Virus record (IMG/VR): IMGVR_UViG_3300008448_000002
Span: 1 to 64,000 of that record
DNA length: 64,000 nt
Direction: 5' to 3' (one strand)
Source of the DNA: a virus
The first letter of the stretch is position 1, and the number at the start of each line of letters is the position of its first letter. The notes beneath the pieces were generated by a model. The model had not been told where the DNA came from. It did no database searches and saw only the letters and a program-made list of their open reading frames with translations. This document shows positions 38,139 through 48,406 of the stretch, in pieces. The translations under genes and the position numbers were made by a program.

Positions 38139-38591
38139 TTATCCATCGTCTATTAAATCATTTTCATAGGCATATTGTCCCATGAGGTAGAATATATCTT
38201 TAACTACTTTATCGGAATAAGGTACAGGTGATTTTACTGTTATTTTGGCGTTTTTTATGTTTTGTTTATATTGAGCAAACGGAACTCTTATATTTTTTGA
38301 TAGTAAATAGGTAGATATTTCATGACTATCGTCATTAAATTTAACTATATTTGTCAAAAAAGCATATAGGTCTTTATATGAACCATCAGAACCAATTTTC
38401 CCAAGATATATTCCGTAGTTTTTTGTTATTTGTTTAACAAATTTGTCTAGTTCTAATCTTCCTGCCGCCTTTGCTCCAACTTTACCATTAGGGTCAATTT
38501 TCGATAAAGCCTTATCATAAACTTTACTAAGAAAGCCTCTCTCTGATAGTTCATCTTCCATTAAAATCTCATCTAGTAACATCTTTTTCAA
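38139..38591 (-). CDS. Hypothetical protein
   Basis: 150 aa, starts MKKMLLDEILMED. Confidence 0.55.
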   Translation of the reverse strand: MKKMLLDEILMEDELSERGFLSKVYDKALSKIDPNGKVGAKAAGRLELDKFVKQITKNYGIYLGKIGSDGSYKDLYAFLTNIVKFNDDSHEISTYLLSKNIRVPFAQYKQNIKNAKITVKSPVPYSDKVVKDIFYLMGQYAYENDLIDDG

Positions 38592-38826
38592 TCTCTCTTA
38601 GTTTATGTATGAACTTATTTGTATTTCCTGTTTTTACTGCCAGAAAAAACTTTTTTAATAAATCTTCATACTGTTCATCGGTATAATTACTTTTTATAAA
38701 ACTCATTAAATTAATACTAGTTGCCAATGCTGTCATTGAGCGAGCATGTACAACATCATATTTTGTCTTCTTTGGTATAAAGTTTCCCAATTCATCCAAT
38801 AAATCTTGAGAACGCTTTTCTGACAT
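38569..38826 (-). CDS. Hypothetical protein
   Basis: 85 aa, coupled. Confidence 0.6.
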   Translation of the reverse strand: MSEKRSQDLLDELGNFIPKKTKYDVVHARSMTALATSINLMSFIKSNYTDEQYEDLLKKFFLAVKTGNTNKFIHKLREIEKDVTR

Positions 38827-39095
38827 TATTGACTGATTCCATTTAATTGTTGTGGTACATATTTTTCAATATTTTCAATAGCTTTGTATATTCCAGTATA
38901 ATATCCCGCTGTGTACTCTTCGGAAAATTCACCTTGTAGTAGATGACTTTTTAATGTTTCAATAATACTTTCTAAAATAGGTGTAACAGTATCTACGACA
39001 ATTTCTTCTTCTGGTTCATCAATAATGATTTCAACAGGGTTTTCTTCCATTGATTCTATTAAAAAAGTAGTTAATTGTTTGTAGTATCCAGCCAT
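38826..39095 (-). CDS. Acidic hypothetical protein
   Basis: 89 aa. Confidence 0.55.
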   Translation of the reverse strand: MAGYYKQLTTFLIESMEENPVEIIIDEPEEEIVVDTVTPILESIIETLKSHLLQGEFSEEYTAGYYTGIYKAIENIEKYVPQQLNGISQ

Positions 39096-39135
39096 GTAAA
39101 ATTATTCCAATATATTATACTATTATTTATGATTT

Positions 39136-40551
39136 TTACGAGGAAAACTTTGAGGATAAACTTAATAGAGCTTCTTTATTGGTATAATTGGAATTATCCA
39201 TTCTAGTAACTACAGGATTTTTCTTCATACTATCCAATTCTTTAACTAAATTATCAGTATGTTGTTTATTTGTGTATGATGTCAAACCATTGGCATCAGT
39301 TACGCGCATTGATTCGGGATTATACGCTAAGTCTATTTTCTTACCGATTCCCGATGAACTTCTTGTTTTCATCATTTGTAATTGATATTCTCCCCGTTCT
39401 TTCATAGTAGCAGTAGCATAGATACCTATGATATTATCGGCAGTGTTGATTTTAGATATGCCCCCAGAAATGTGACTATAATTGTACTCCGATTGTTGTG
39501 AACCCTCTCTATTAATTTGACAGGCACTGACACATAACATTTTAAACTCCTGAGCAAATCCTCTTATTTCTTCACTTACAACTTTATCTTTGATAAATTG
39601 GTCGCTAATATCAATACTTTTGATGCTCGGATATAATAAATCAAGATAGTCAATTACTATAGCGTCTGGTCTATAACCATTTTGTATTTCAAACTCTTTA
39701 ATATAGGCTTTAATGTCATTAACAGTTGTAGCGGCAGTGGGCATGTACTTAATGAAGATATTTCCTTTATTTTTAACTGATTTATCTTTTTGATTCTTAA
39801 TGATGCTTGAGGCATACGAAGGGTCTTTGATAATAGACCTTGTATCTAATCCGGTATTCATAGCATCCATACGCAAGGCAATTAAATCTTCGCTCATCTC
39901 AAGTGTTAGATAAACAACATTCAAACCCATGTTTTTCCAGTTTACAGTAATGTTTTGTAGAAATATACTTTTACCTACGTTTGATGGGGCAATGAATAAT
40001 GATAATTCACCCCTGTTAAATCCACCAAACAACACATCATCTAATTCTCGCCATCCTGTTGATGTCATGTCTGTTTTGTCGCGCATCCGCAAAAGTCTTG
40101 CCTCTGGGTCTTCAAAGTAATCTGTTCCTAAATTTCTTGTGAGACTAATAAGCATTGCCTCTTTACATCTACTTTCAATGGCAGCGTAATCACCTTCTTT
40201 TAGCAAATCCAGTCCAGAAATTATCACCAATTCCAATGCTTTGTGTCTACAAAACTGTTCTATTTCAATAAGAAAATCATCAATGTGTTGTGGTTTAATC
40301 TCTTGTATTTTTTCAATATTTTTCTTAGTCTTTGATAATACTTGTTCTGGTGTAGGCAATATATTGTTTTTTGTTGTATAATCAATAATATATTGACAGG
40401 CAGGTTTTAAAGTTCTGTCCCAATATTCTGGATTGAGAATATTTGAACAGCGTATATATGCCTCAGAACTTGATAGTAAAAACCGTAGGAATAACACCTC
40501 ATCATCTAATGTATAGTCAATCTTTTTATTATTGTCTTTTTTATAATTCAT
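39136..40551 (-). CDS. gp41: Replicative DnaB-like helicase (T4 gp41-like)
   Basis: Walker A APSNVGKS, YLTLEMSE, VIDYLDL, SACQINR, SGGISKINTAD. Confidence 0.92.
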   Translation of the reverse strand: MNYKKDNNKKIDYTLDDEVLFLRFLLSSSEAYIRCSNILNPEYWDRTLKPACQYIIDYTTKNNILPTPEQVLSKTKKNIEKIQEIKPQHIDDFLIEIEQFCRHKALELVIISGLDLLKEGDYAAIESRCKEAMLISLTRNLGTDYFEDPEARLLRMRDKTDMTSTGWRELDDVLFGGFNRGELSLFIAPSNVGKSIFLQNITVNWKNMGLNVVYLTLEMSEDLIALRMDAMNTGLDTRSIIKDPSYASSIIKNQKDKSVKNKGNIFIKYMPTAATTVNDIKAYIKEFEIQNGYRPDAIVIDYLDLLYPSIKSIDISDQFIKDKVVSEEIRGFAQEFKMLCVSACQINREGSQQSEYNYSHISGGISKINTADNIIGIYATATMKERGEYQLQMMKTRSSSGIGKKIDLAYNPESMRVTDANGLTSYTNKQHTDNLVKELDSMKKNPVVTRMDNSNYTNKEALLSLSSKFSS

Positions 40552-41553
40552 TTATGTTTTGCCTTCCAGCCAATGATTCCATCTTAGGGTTATATCTTTG
40601 TCGTAATATATGTTCTTTAATATATCATAAATTGTATAAAACTTTCCATATCTTTTTGCGGCTTCGGCGGCATCTTTACAATCTTTTTCCCAAATAGGAT
40701 ATGAAACGCCCCATTTATTGTTTTTTGCCACCTCTATTAATTTCTTTCCTGCTTCGTCCCTATCAGGAACTACAATAATATTTTTATTTGATGATTTAAT
40801 CCATTTAATATGTGTTTCATTCATATTATTACCTAAAACAGATATACCATTTATTGCTAGCGCATCGAGACATCCTTCTACTAGTATCACTGTTTTATAA
40901 TCCGATGTTAGTAAGTGATTATTGTAAATATAATTCTGTCCTACATCTTTTTTATATTTAAGGAATGCCGAATCATCTATTGCCCGTGTTATATGTCCAA
41001 CTATCTTGTCATCAAAATAAAAGGGTATTATAATTTTTCTAGGGTCTTTCTTACAAAAATAAAACTTAGATAAATCATTTAAAAATCCTCTATTATCAAG
41101 ATATTCCACACAATTTACAAAATTGATTTCATGATAACCTGTTTCTAATAATAATAGTATATTATATGTATCTTCTGGCAACGGTCTTTCTTTAAAGTCA
41201 ATGATGTCTTCTTTTTTATTCTCGATTATTAATTCTGAATTATGTTTACTTCTCCATAAATCAAAGGCAATCTTTGCTATTTCTGACTTATCATATCCGT
41301 ACCATTCTAATAATCTTCTGTTGTTCTTATTTAATTCTGTTCCTGTTGTCCATCTAGTACCAAAGGAACAATTAAAACAATGATAACCAAAAGTTTCATC
41401 TGTTAGAGTTATCCCCGCTCTTTTCTTGATATCCTTTTTTCTGTGTCCATTATTAATACAACATTCACCATTAAAACAATTCCATCCATTAATTGCTTTT
41501 TTCTTTTCGCCAGTTATTCGTGGATATATTAAGTCATATAAGGTATTGTTCAC
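40552..41553 (-). CDS. gp61: DNA primase (T4 gp61-like)
   Basis: Zn-ribbon C..C...YHCFNC; TOPRIM LVEGCLD and PDRDEAG. Confidence 0.88.
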   Translation of the reverse strand: MNNTLYDLIYPRITGEKKKAINGWNCFNGECCINNGHRKKDIKKRAGITLTDETFGYHCFNCSFGTRWTTGTELNKNNRRLLEWYGYDKSEIAKIAFDLWRSKHNSELIIENKKEDIIDFKERPLPEDTYNILLLLETGYHEINFVNCVEYLDNRGFLNDLSKFYFCKKDPRKIIIPFYFDDKIVGHITRAIDDSAFLKYKKDVGQNYIYNNHLLTSDYKTVILVEGCLDALAINGISVLGNNMNETHIKWIKSSNKNIIVVPDRDEAGKKLIEVAKNNKWGVSYPIWEKDCKDAAEAAKRYGKFYTIYDILKNIYYDKDITLRWNHWLEGKT

Positions 41554-41589
41554 AGATTTATTATAGAGGAAAAATGAGATTAAATCAAT

Positions 41590-42429
41590 TTAATTTCTGA
41601 ATAATACCTTATCAAGTGTTCCTGTATTGAGTGGGTCTGGGAAATATTTAAATCTAATCCACTGTAGATTCATTTCTATTGTATATGAATCATTTCCTGT
41701 AGAATCTTGATATTGTTTATACTCATTACCATTTAAAGGTATGTTAAACCAATCCTCGTTTTCTGTAGAAGGTGAATTATCAAGATTTCCCTCAACCCAT
41801 AGTTTTCCTGTAAAATCAGTTGTATATATGACAAAAGTTTGTATGCCAGTTAAATTGTACGTTTGTTGATTACCTGCGTAAGCACCCGTTACATAATACA
41901 CTTCGTTAAATTCGTTATATTCTTGAGGGACAAAATCACCACTGTAATCTTCGGCGGTGGGGTCGCCACCTTTGATTAAAATTGATTCTCTCGGATTTGG
42001 ATACGAATCCGCCAAAAACTCAAAATATCCCTTAATTCTTTGATTATGGTCTATATAAAGAGGTCTTTCGATATCTTCTTCATCTTTTAATAGCAAACTA
42101 TAGCTGGTAAATCCAGTATTCCAGTTTTGTGTTTCGGTAGGTGTTAGAATGAGTTTATAGAATCCTTTGCTGGCATCAATCAACTGTAGTGATTTCTTTA
42201 ATAATAACGTATTTGAATTATATTCTGTAATAATAATTGATACATTTTTGCCAATAGAATTAACCGATTTTCTATCTACATTTTTAATATAAATGTCTAT
42301 CGAATTGGTAAGCTGCTTGTAAATCTTAAAATCGGATTGATTAAGAGGAAAATTCATATTTTGTACACCCATGTCTCCCAAAGTGGCAATAATTTTTCTG
42401 GGAATTAAAAAGACTGATAATTTGCTCAT
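41590..42429 (-). CDS. Conserved hypothetical, probably structural
   Basis: 279-aa beta-rich ORF. Confidence 0.55.
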   Translation of the reverse strand: MSKLSVFLIPRKIIATLGDMGVQNMNFPLNQSDFKIYKQLTNSIDIYIKNVDRKSVNSIGKNVSIIITEYNSNTLLLKKSLQLIDASKGFYKLILTPTETQNWNTGFTSYSLLLKDEEDIERPLYIDHNQRIKGYFEFLADSYPNPRESILIKGGDPTAEDYSGDFVPQEYNEFNEVYYVTGAYAGNQQTYNLTGIQTFVIYTTDFTGKLWVEGNLDNSPSTENEDWFNIPLNGNEYKQYQDSTGNDSYTIEMNLQWIRFKYFPDPLNTGTLDKVLFRN

Positions 42430-42483
42430 TTAATTTTTTTCTAAATAATAGTAATAATTACATTATTATTTATCGAAAAAAAC

Positions 42484-42864
42484 ATGAATGAACAAACACA
42501 AGAAATATTAAAAAACTTCCCCTTTCTTAGTATGGCAACATACAGTGCCACCGAGGAAGAATATATAGGAATAATTAACAATAGGGATACAGAAATTACG
42601 AGTATGTATTTATATAACAGATTACACGATTTAGATGAAAAAAAATTATTTCTTGAACTCGGTGAAAAATGGTGGTGGGAAACAAATAGACAAATACCCA
42701 TTAATATATCATTAAGGAGTGAATGGTCAATTTTTAGAAAATGCCTTTGTTCATTCATTACAAAAGATTTAACAATAAAAGATGGTCATATTGTTAGTCT
42801 CTGTGAGATTTCAGGTAAGCGAATAAGAAGAAAACAAGTTGAACTAGTCAAAGTTATTAATTGA
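42484..42864 (+). CDS. Conserved hypothetical protein
   Basis: FPFLS...LGEKWWWETNRQIPIN motif. Confidence 0.65.
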   Translation: MNEQTQEILKNFPFLSMATYSATEEEYIGIINNRDTEITSMYLYNRLHDLDEKKLFLELGEKWWWETNRQIPINISLRSEWSIFRKCLCSFITKDLTIKDGHIVSLCEISGKRIRRKQVELVKVIN

Positions 42865-43425
42865 TTCCTCCAAAAGATTTAATTGGGCTACAATTACAAC
42901 AGCATATGAAATACTATGCGATTTCTTAAAAAAGTAACCTTTGTCATTAACATCAGGTATCCAAACCTTTTTAAAGATGGTATCCCATCCTAAGTTAAGT
43001 AAATGACGTTTTCCTGGTCTAATGATACATAATGTAGCTGCGAGTTTTTCAATGCTGTCTGGCTTTAACTTTTTAACAATATCATGATGTCCATTTAGAT
43101 GAAAAATATTATCCAATAATTCTTTATCTTGTAACAATGTCCAATCTGGTTCTTTATTTATTAATTTCTTTAAGTGATTTCTATCACTTATTTGTTTGTA
43201 AAATCCAAGGTTTAAAAAGTCTAATTTCATCCATCCGATGTTTTCCGCCTCTTTATATTCAATAGTTGATGTATTAGTTAATATGTCTTTTGGGATTTCT
43301 TGTAGATAAATCCCAGTGGCATGTTTTATTGATTTATTTTTTTCATTAATACGCATGGCATTGACATGTTTAATCACCGTCAATGCCTCATCCCTATCAC
43401 CAAAATCAATGTCAATGTCAGGCAT
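42844..43425 (-). CDS. Miniature DnaE (Pol III alpha)-like protein
   Basis: MPDIDIDF, KHATGIY, KLDFLNL, LAATLCIIRPG and FKKSHSISYA align with DnaE palm/fingers motifs. Confidence 0.8.
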   Translation of the reverse strand: MPDIDIDFGDRDEALTVIKHVNAMRINEKNKSIKHATGIYLQEIPKDILTNTSTIEYKEAENIGWMKLDFLNLGFYKQISDRNHLKKLINKEPDWTLLQDKELLDNIFHLNGHHDIVKKLKPDSIEKLAATLCIIRPGKRHLLNLGWDTIFKKVWIPDVNDKGYFFKKSHSISYAVVIVAQLNLLEESINNFD

Positions 43426-43432
43426 CTATTAA

Positions 43433-43642
43433 TTATTTTCGTTTAAGTTTTCTAACCTCATCAAGAATACTTCTAATATCATTCTTGGCATTCTGTAATT
43501 CTTTATTGAGTTTATTAACATCATTCTTTAACATAATGATTTCGCTGTTTAATTTATTTAACTTGTTAATATCATTCGGGTTTATGACATCAGGAGTTGT
43601 TCTTTTATACTCTTTACCATAAATATCACTTAAATCACTCAT
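43433..43642 (-). CDS. Small coiled-coil protein
   Basis: Heptad pattern. Confidence 0.55.
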   Translation of the reverse strand: MSDLSDIYGKEYKRTTPDVINPNDINKLNKLNSEIIMLKNDVNKLNKELQNAKNDIRSILDEVRKLKRK

Positions 43643-44349
43643 ATTTTCAATTCTTTCAACATTTCTTTTATTATTGGAACTATATCTTTATTTAATTCAA
43701 ACTTCTTTTCCCATAAATAAACATCCAAATAATCTTCCAATATTCCAATTTGTTCTTCATCTAATCTACTTAAAAGTTTATTGCCTGTTTTTGATAGATA
43801 AATCACCCAAGGTGTTAATTGTCCCCTCTTAATCATATCGGTTGCTATGTTTGTATTTACAACTTCAAAAAAGTCTTCAAAGAGTGTATTTTTATCCTTT
43901 GAGTAATCGGAGATAGTAAATAAACTTCTTTCTGTTGATTTCATGCTATCTTCATATTTTAAATATTCTTTCAACCATTCATCATAAGTTGAATCTACAA
44001 TCCATTTCTTTAAAGGTACTGAACTTTTCAATAAGTAATCACAGTATTTATGTGGTTCAATAATTGACCGCATTATCAAGTATTTTCCGAAGTCAACAAA
44101 TCCCGTGTAAAAAGAGGATTCGGCGAATTGTTCATAAGTTTTTTGTTTCTGCGAGGGGTAATTCATTTTATAAAACTTATGAAACATCGCAAGTCCTAGT
44201 TGTACATGTCTTTCATCTTTGGTAATATGCCGTTTTTTCTTTTCACACATATGCCGAAAGAGAGTTGACTCTTTATAAAATGTCTTTCCACAGAAGGAAC
44301 ATAGTGCCTCTTCCTGTTCAATGTCTTCTACCTTCTTTGCTGTCATCAT
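43639..44349 (-). CDS. Zn-finger-containing conserved protein
   Basis: CSFCGKTF...LFRHMC. Confidence 0.6.
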   Translation of the reverse strand: MMTAKKVEDIEQEEALCSFCGKTFYKESTLFRHMCEKKKRHITKDERHVQLGLAMFHKFYKMNYPSQKQKTYEQFAESSFYTGFVDFGKYLIMRSIIEPHKYCDYLLKSSVPLKKWIVDSTYDEWLKEYLKYEDSMKSTERSLFTISDYSKDKNTLFEDFFEVVNTNIATDMIKRGQLTPWVIYLSKTGNKLLSRLDEEQIGILEDYLDVYLWEKKFELNKDIVPIIKEMLKELKI

Positions 44350-44885
44350 TTTAAAGCCTTAAAATCCTTTAATAGTAATGTACATTCTTTATCTGATAAC
44401 TCTGTATAATTGAGCATATCTTGAAAATTGTCAAGTGATGTTTTCTTTATGCTAATATCAATCTCATTAGTTGAAAGATGCGGATAAAAATCTAAAAATA
44501 ACTTTTGTAGTTTTGTAAGGTTATTATTAGTAGACGATACCTTAATCCATCCATGTTTTACGTTTTTCTTTGTTCCCATACAACAAAGTAGCTTCCATAG
44601 TAATTCGGTATCCTTACCCAACTCAAATACAAACTCATTTATAAAATTGGCGGCAGATATATAGTATTCTTGATTATCTCTATTAGAATATGATACAGAC
44701 ATCCATTTATTTAGAATGTAGGGAGACAGTGCTTTCTTTTGTTCATCATCAAGTGTACTATAGAAATTAAAGTCTCTATTTTCTATTTTAGATAATACAT
44801 AGAAAATATCTAATTTCTTAGATTTTGGTAAAGATGGTTCTATTTCTTCTATGGTATTTTCAAAATATAAATCTATGATGTTCAT
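44346..44885 (-). CDS. Possible clamp-loader small subunit (gp62-like)
   Basis: SPYILNKWMS and LLWKLLC; replication-cluster context. Confidence 0.4.
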   Translation of the reverse strand: MNIIDLYFENTIEEIEPSLPKSKKLDIFYVLSKIENRDFNFYSTLDDEQKKALSPYILNKWMSVSYSNRDNQEYYISAANFINEFVFELGKDTELLWKLLCCMGTKKNVKHGWIKVSSTNNNLTKLQKLFLDFYPHLSTNEIDISIKKTSLDNFQDMLNYTELSDKECTLLLKDFKALK

Positions 44886-44894
44886 TTTTAGATA

Positions 44895-45422
44895 TTATAC
44901 TAAAATCGAGTTCAAGTCAAGCGTGTCTGGTATCTTTACTGTATCTTTTACAAAGAAACAACAAGAAGGGGGATGAATCCTATCCTGTGATTTAAAACCG
45001 TTATTAATAGGAACTGTTAGAATATAACCATATTTTAACTTTGGAATATTCCATATTACATCGGGCGCATAATCAACTACTTGAATATCGTGAAATGCTG
45101 GCATATACCCGTTAATTGGATTCATGACAAATGCCTGAAAATCTCTGTCATTTAATTGACTTAGCTGTATTATTTCTAATTCACTTCTGTCAATATCACC
45201 AACAACAATACTCCAATCCATCGGCATTTGTATATGATATTGTCCTATTTTTAAAGTTATAGAAGGTTTATTGAATGTTTCCATAAATATCAAGGGAACG
45301 AAAAAGAAATCAGGATTTTTTGTATCAGTATAATCTAATACACAAAAATCTACTTTATTATTCAGTTGTTTTCCTACGTCATCCATTGAATACGGTTTAT
45401 TATCACTTGTCAAAATGTTCAT
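44895..45422 (-). CDS. Conserved hypothetical protein
   Basis: 175 aa directly downstream of uvsW. Confidence 0.6.
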   Translation of the reverse strand: MNILTSDNKPYSMDDVGKQLNNKVDFCVLDYTDTKNPDFFFVPLIFMETFNKPSITLKIGQYHIQMPMDWSIVVGDIDRSELEIIQLSQLNDRDFQAFVMNPINGYMPAFHDIQVVDYAPDVIWNIPKLKYGYILTVPINNGFKSQDRIHPPSCCFFVKDTVKIPDTLDLNSILV

Positions 45423-45425
45423 TGT

Positions 45426-46898
45426 TTATTCCTGTTCATCATATGTTATTTTTTTCTCCGTAAAGGGGTATTTTGCTTCTTTATAAAACTTTTTTCTTTG
45501 TATTAAATGTACTTTTGAAAACTTTGCCGTTGAACAAATATCGTATATAGTGACATGATTTTTATCCTTGGCTTTGCGTAATCCCCTACCAATGCTCTGT
45601 ATTACTCGTACAAAGCTCTTTCCTGATTCTAATAATACTATATTAAACAGTCTCGGAATGTTGATACCAGTGCTGGCAACACCATATGTAGCAATCAGAA
45701 CCTTATTATCTTCTGTATTAATATCATTGTATTCGGTTTTTCTATCAGTAGACTTCGTTTTTCCTTGTATGAATATTGAGTTGGGTATTAATTGAGTCAA
45801 TTTATTACCAATATCAATTTTTGATACTAGAATCAATGTGTTACCATTTGTTGATATATTCTGTATTGTTTTCGCCAACCACTCTACTCTTTCTTTATTC
45901 TTCAACAGATAGCTATTTTCATCAGAATATTCTTTATATTTTACTAAATCAATAGTTTGTATAATATTTATAGTACAATTAGATAGTACACCAATATCTT
46001 GTAATTCTGTTGCCGTGATTCCTTCCCCTGTGTTTCCAATAGCAGCTTGTAGAGACATCCTATTGTGTTCTTCTTTTGGAATAGTACCTGTTAATCCCCA
46101 CCGTATAGGAATATGTCTAAAAGTATCAGTTAATAAATCTCTTACCTCATTGCCTTTTAGTACATGACATTCGTCAACCATAACACCAACGACACCATCA
46201 AGTAATTTATCTAGTATTTCTTTTGATTCTTCATCTTTACTTCTTTTCAATACCATTAAACTCTGCCAAGTACAAATTGTATGAGTTTTGTCTATTTCTT
46301 TTCTCTTGCCATAATATGCGCCAACATCTAAACCAATATTCTTGTAATCATCTTCTGTTTGTGTTACTAAATCTGTACTAGGAACAATAACAATTGACCT
46401 ACCATATTTCTCTAATTTATGGGATAATACAGCAGTCATGATTGTCTTTCCGGCACCCGTGGCGATTGGTTTAATCCATTGATGATTGGTTAGATAATCG
46501 TTGATGGCATTAACTTGTTTATCTCTGATGATGATGTATTCACCTTCATTTGGATGTCCTACTGGCCATATTGGGTTTTTACAATTATCTATAATGTAAT
46601 TTTCGTCTATGAGGTCAAACTTAAATGATTGTTGTTTTCTATAATCTTCAATTATTATTTCGTGATTATTTTCAATAAGATAAGGTAAAATCTTGTCAAG
46701 ACAGTTTAAGTATGTTGTACCAGATAATCCAAAGAAACTTACTGTTCCGTCCCATCTACCTAGTTTGTATGCTGGTGTATGTCTGGCAGAATGTATGAAA
46801 TACTTCAGTTTATGGTTACACTCTCTCCTGTATTTCGCATCTAGGTCTTCAAACTTAACATTAACTTCATCTTGTATAATTAATTTTATTGTTTTCAT
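45426..46898 (-). CDS. uvsW: SF2 helicase UvsW
   Basis: ATGAGKT, VDECH, GLTGT, QSIGRGLR. Confidence 0.92.
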   Translation of the reverse strand: MKTIKLIIQDEVNVKFEDLDAKYRRECNHKLKYFIHSARHTPAYKLGRWDGTVSFFGLSGTTYLNCLDKILPYLIENNHEIIIEDYRKQQSFKFDLIDENYIIDNCKNPIWPVGHPNEGEYIIIRDKQVNAINDYLTNHQWIKPIATGAGKTIMTAVLSHKLEKYGRSIVIVPSTDLVTQTEDDYKNIGLDVGAYYGKRKEIDKTHTICTWQSLMVLKRSKDEESKEILDKLLDGVVGVMVDECHVLKGNEVRDLLTDTFRHIPIRWGLTGTIPKEEHNRMSLQAAIGNTGEGITATELQDIGVLSNCTINIIQTIDLVKYKEYSDENSYLLKNKERVEWLAKTIQNISTNGNTLILVSKIDIGNKLTQLIPNSIFIQGKTKSTDRKTEYNDINTEDNKVLIATYGVASTGINIPRLFNIVLLESGKSFVRVIQSIGRGLRKAKDKNHVTIYDICSTAKFSKVHLIQRKKFYKEAKYPFTEKKITYDEQE

Positions 46899-46945
46899 AT
46901 CATACTATAATATCATTTATCTACAATTTTATCAATATTAAAATA

Positions 46946-47713
46946 TTAAAGAATCTGTACTTTATGCTGTAGATGTTCAGGGATATATAACGTATCCTTC
47001 ATGTTTTTGTAGATTATTATATTTCCTCCCACGTTAAGTGTTTCTGGTAACTTTGTTAAACTAATACAACCTGATAAACACAAATCTCCTTTAACAATTA
47101 AATTATCGGGTAATTGTTTTAAACTTGTACATTCATATAACTTCATATAACTATTAACCGTTAAATTATCGGGTAATTGTTTTAAACTTGTACATCGGTT
47201 CATCTCCAACCAACCATTAACTGTTAAGTTATTGGGCATTTTTTCTAAATTAGAACATTCATTTAAGTTTAAATGAACAACATTTATTAAATTATCAGGT
47301 AATTCTTTTAGATTTGTACACCCATATAAGTATACACTACCATTTACAGATAAATTATCAGGTAATTCTTTTAGATTTGAACAAAAATTGAGTTGTAAGT
47401 CTCGACCAACTGTTAAATTATCAGGCAATTTAAATAAACCTTCAACATTATTTAAATTTAAATCCCCAGAAATAGTTAAATTATTTGGCAATTTTTCTAA
47501 AATTTTACTATTATTTAAATTTAAATTACCATAAACAGTTATTCCTTCAGGTATCCGATTGATTTTATACACCGCATCATTAATTTTAATCAATCCAATA
47601 AATTTATAAGGACCGTGGATATAGAAATCGTGTAAATCATATAAATCATCTATATTATCTATATCATTCCTCAATTTATCATGTACTTCTCTTGTAATTT
47701 TTACTGTTTTCAT
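46946..47713 (-). CDS. Leucine-rich-repeat protein (22-aa units)
   Basis: About 8-9 repeats of L..LPDNL.V.G.L.L..C..; 66-bp DNA repeats at 47091 and 47157. Confidence 0.85.
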   Translation of the reverse strand: MKTVKITREVHDKLRNDIDNIDDLYDLHDFYIHGPYKFIGLIKINDAVYKINRIPEGITVYGNLNLNNSKILEKLPNNLTISGDLNLNNVEGLFKLPDNLTVGRDLQLNFCSNLKELPDNLSVNGSVYLYGCTNLKELPDNLINVVHLNLNECSNLEKMPNNLTVNGWLEMNRCTSLKQLPDNLTVNSYMKLYECTSLKQLPDNLIVKGDLCLSGCISLTKLPETLNVGGNIIIYKNMKDTLYIPEHLQHKVQIL

Positions 47714-48180
47714 CTACTTATCTCATAGTCTTCCATACCAGCAGTCTTTAACTTTGTTAAATGTCCTAGTTGATAGTGTTTATATTCAAATGCTTTTAAT
47801 ATTGATAAAAATTGATTTCTTACAAATGAGACAGAATTGATGATGTTACTTATTTCAATAACATCATCATCGCATTCTGTATATTTTTCAGCATCTCTAC
47901 TTGATAATTGTCTGGGATGTTTTTCTAAGAAGTGCCTATATTTTTTTCCATGTACACTTGTCAATGTATTCTCAAGGTATTTTAATATTGCCTCGATTTC
48001 TTGTAATTGACTAAATCTGGTTTCCAATTGTCCTGGAAGTCTTGATGACATTTTTTCAATACTTCCTTTAATAATCACCTCTTCTTTAGCTTTATCAATT
48101 TCACTTTGAAAGTATTTCATGGCATCATTTACATGAATTAAGCCATCGGTTGATGTAATCTTAGAAAACCACATGGACAT
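47710..48180 (-). CDS. uvsY: Recombination mediator UvsY
   Basis: LSSRDAEKY...KAFEYKHYQLGHLTKLKTAG; located between uvsX and uvsW. Confidence 0.75.
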   Translation of the reverse strand: MSMWFSKITSTDGLIHVNDAMKYFQSEIDKAKEEVIIKGSIEKMSSRLPGQLETRFSQLQEIEAILKYLENTLTSVHGKKYRHFLEKHPRQLSSRDAEKYTECDDDVIEISNIINSVSFVRNQFLSILKAFEYKHYQLGHLTKLKTAGMEDYEISR

Positions 48181-48404
48181 TATTCAAATATATCCTCTTC
48201 AATTTCATCTGATGCGTTTCTGATAGTATCTACGGCGTATGCCATAAAATTATCATAATCCTCTAATACCTCATAATCCAAATCAATCTCAGATGATTTG
48301 AACACCGTTAAAAGGTCTAATGCGGCATCTTTTTTATTCTTCGTTGGAAGATAAGTATTCATTACCTCCCAAACCTTTAGTACTAATTCTTCGTATTCTT
48401 CCAT
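48180..48404 (-). CDS. Small acidic protein
   Basis: 74 aa. Confidence 0.6.
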   Translation of the reverse strand: MEEYEELVLKVWEVMNTYLPTKNKKDAALDLLTVFKSSEIDLDYEVLEDYDNFMAYAVDTIRNASDEIEEDIFE

Positions 48405-48406
48405 GA

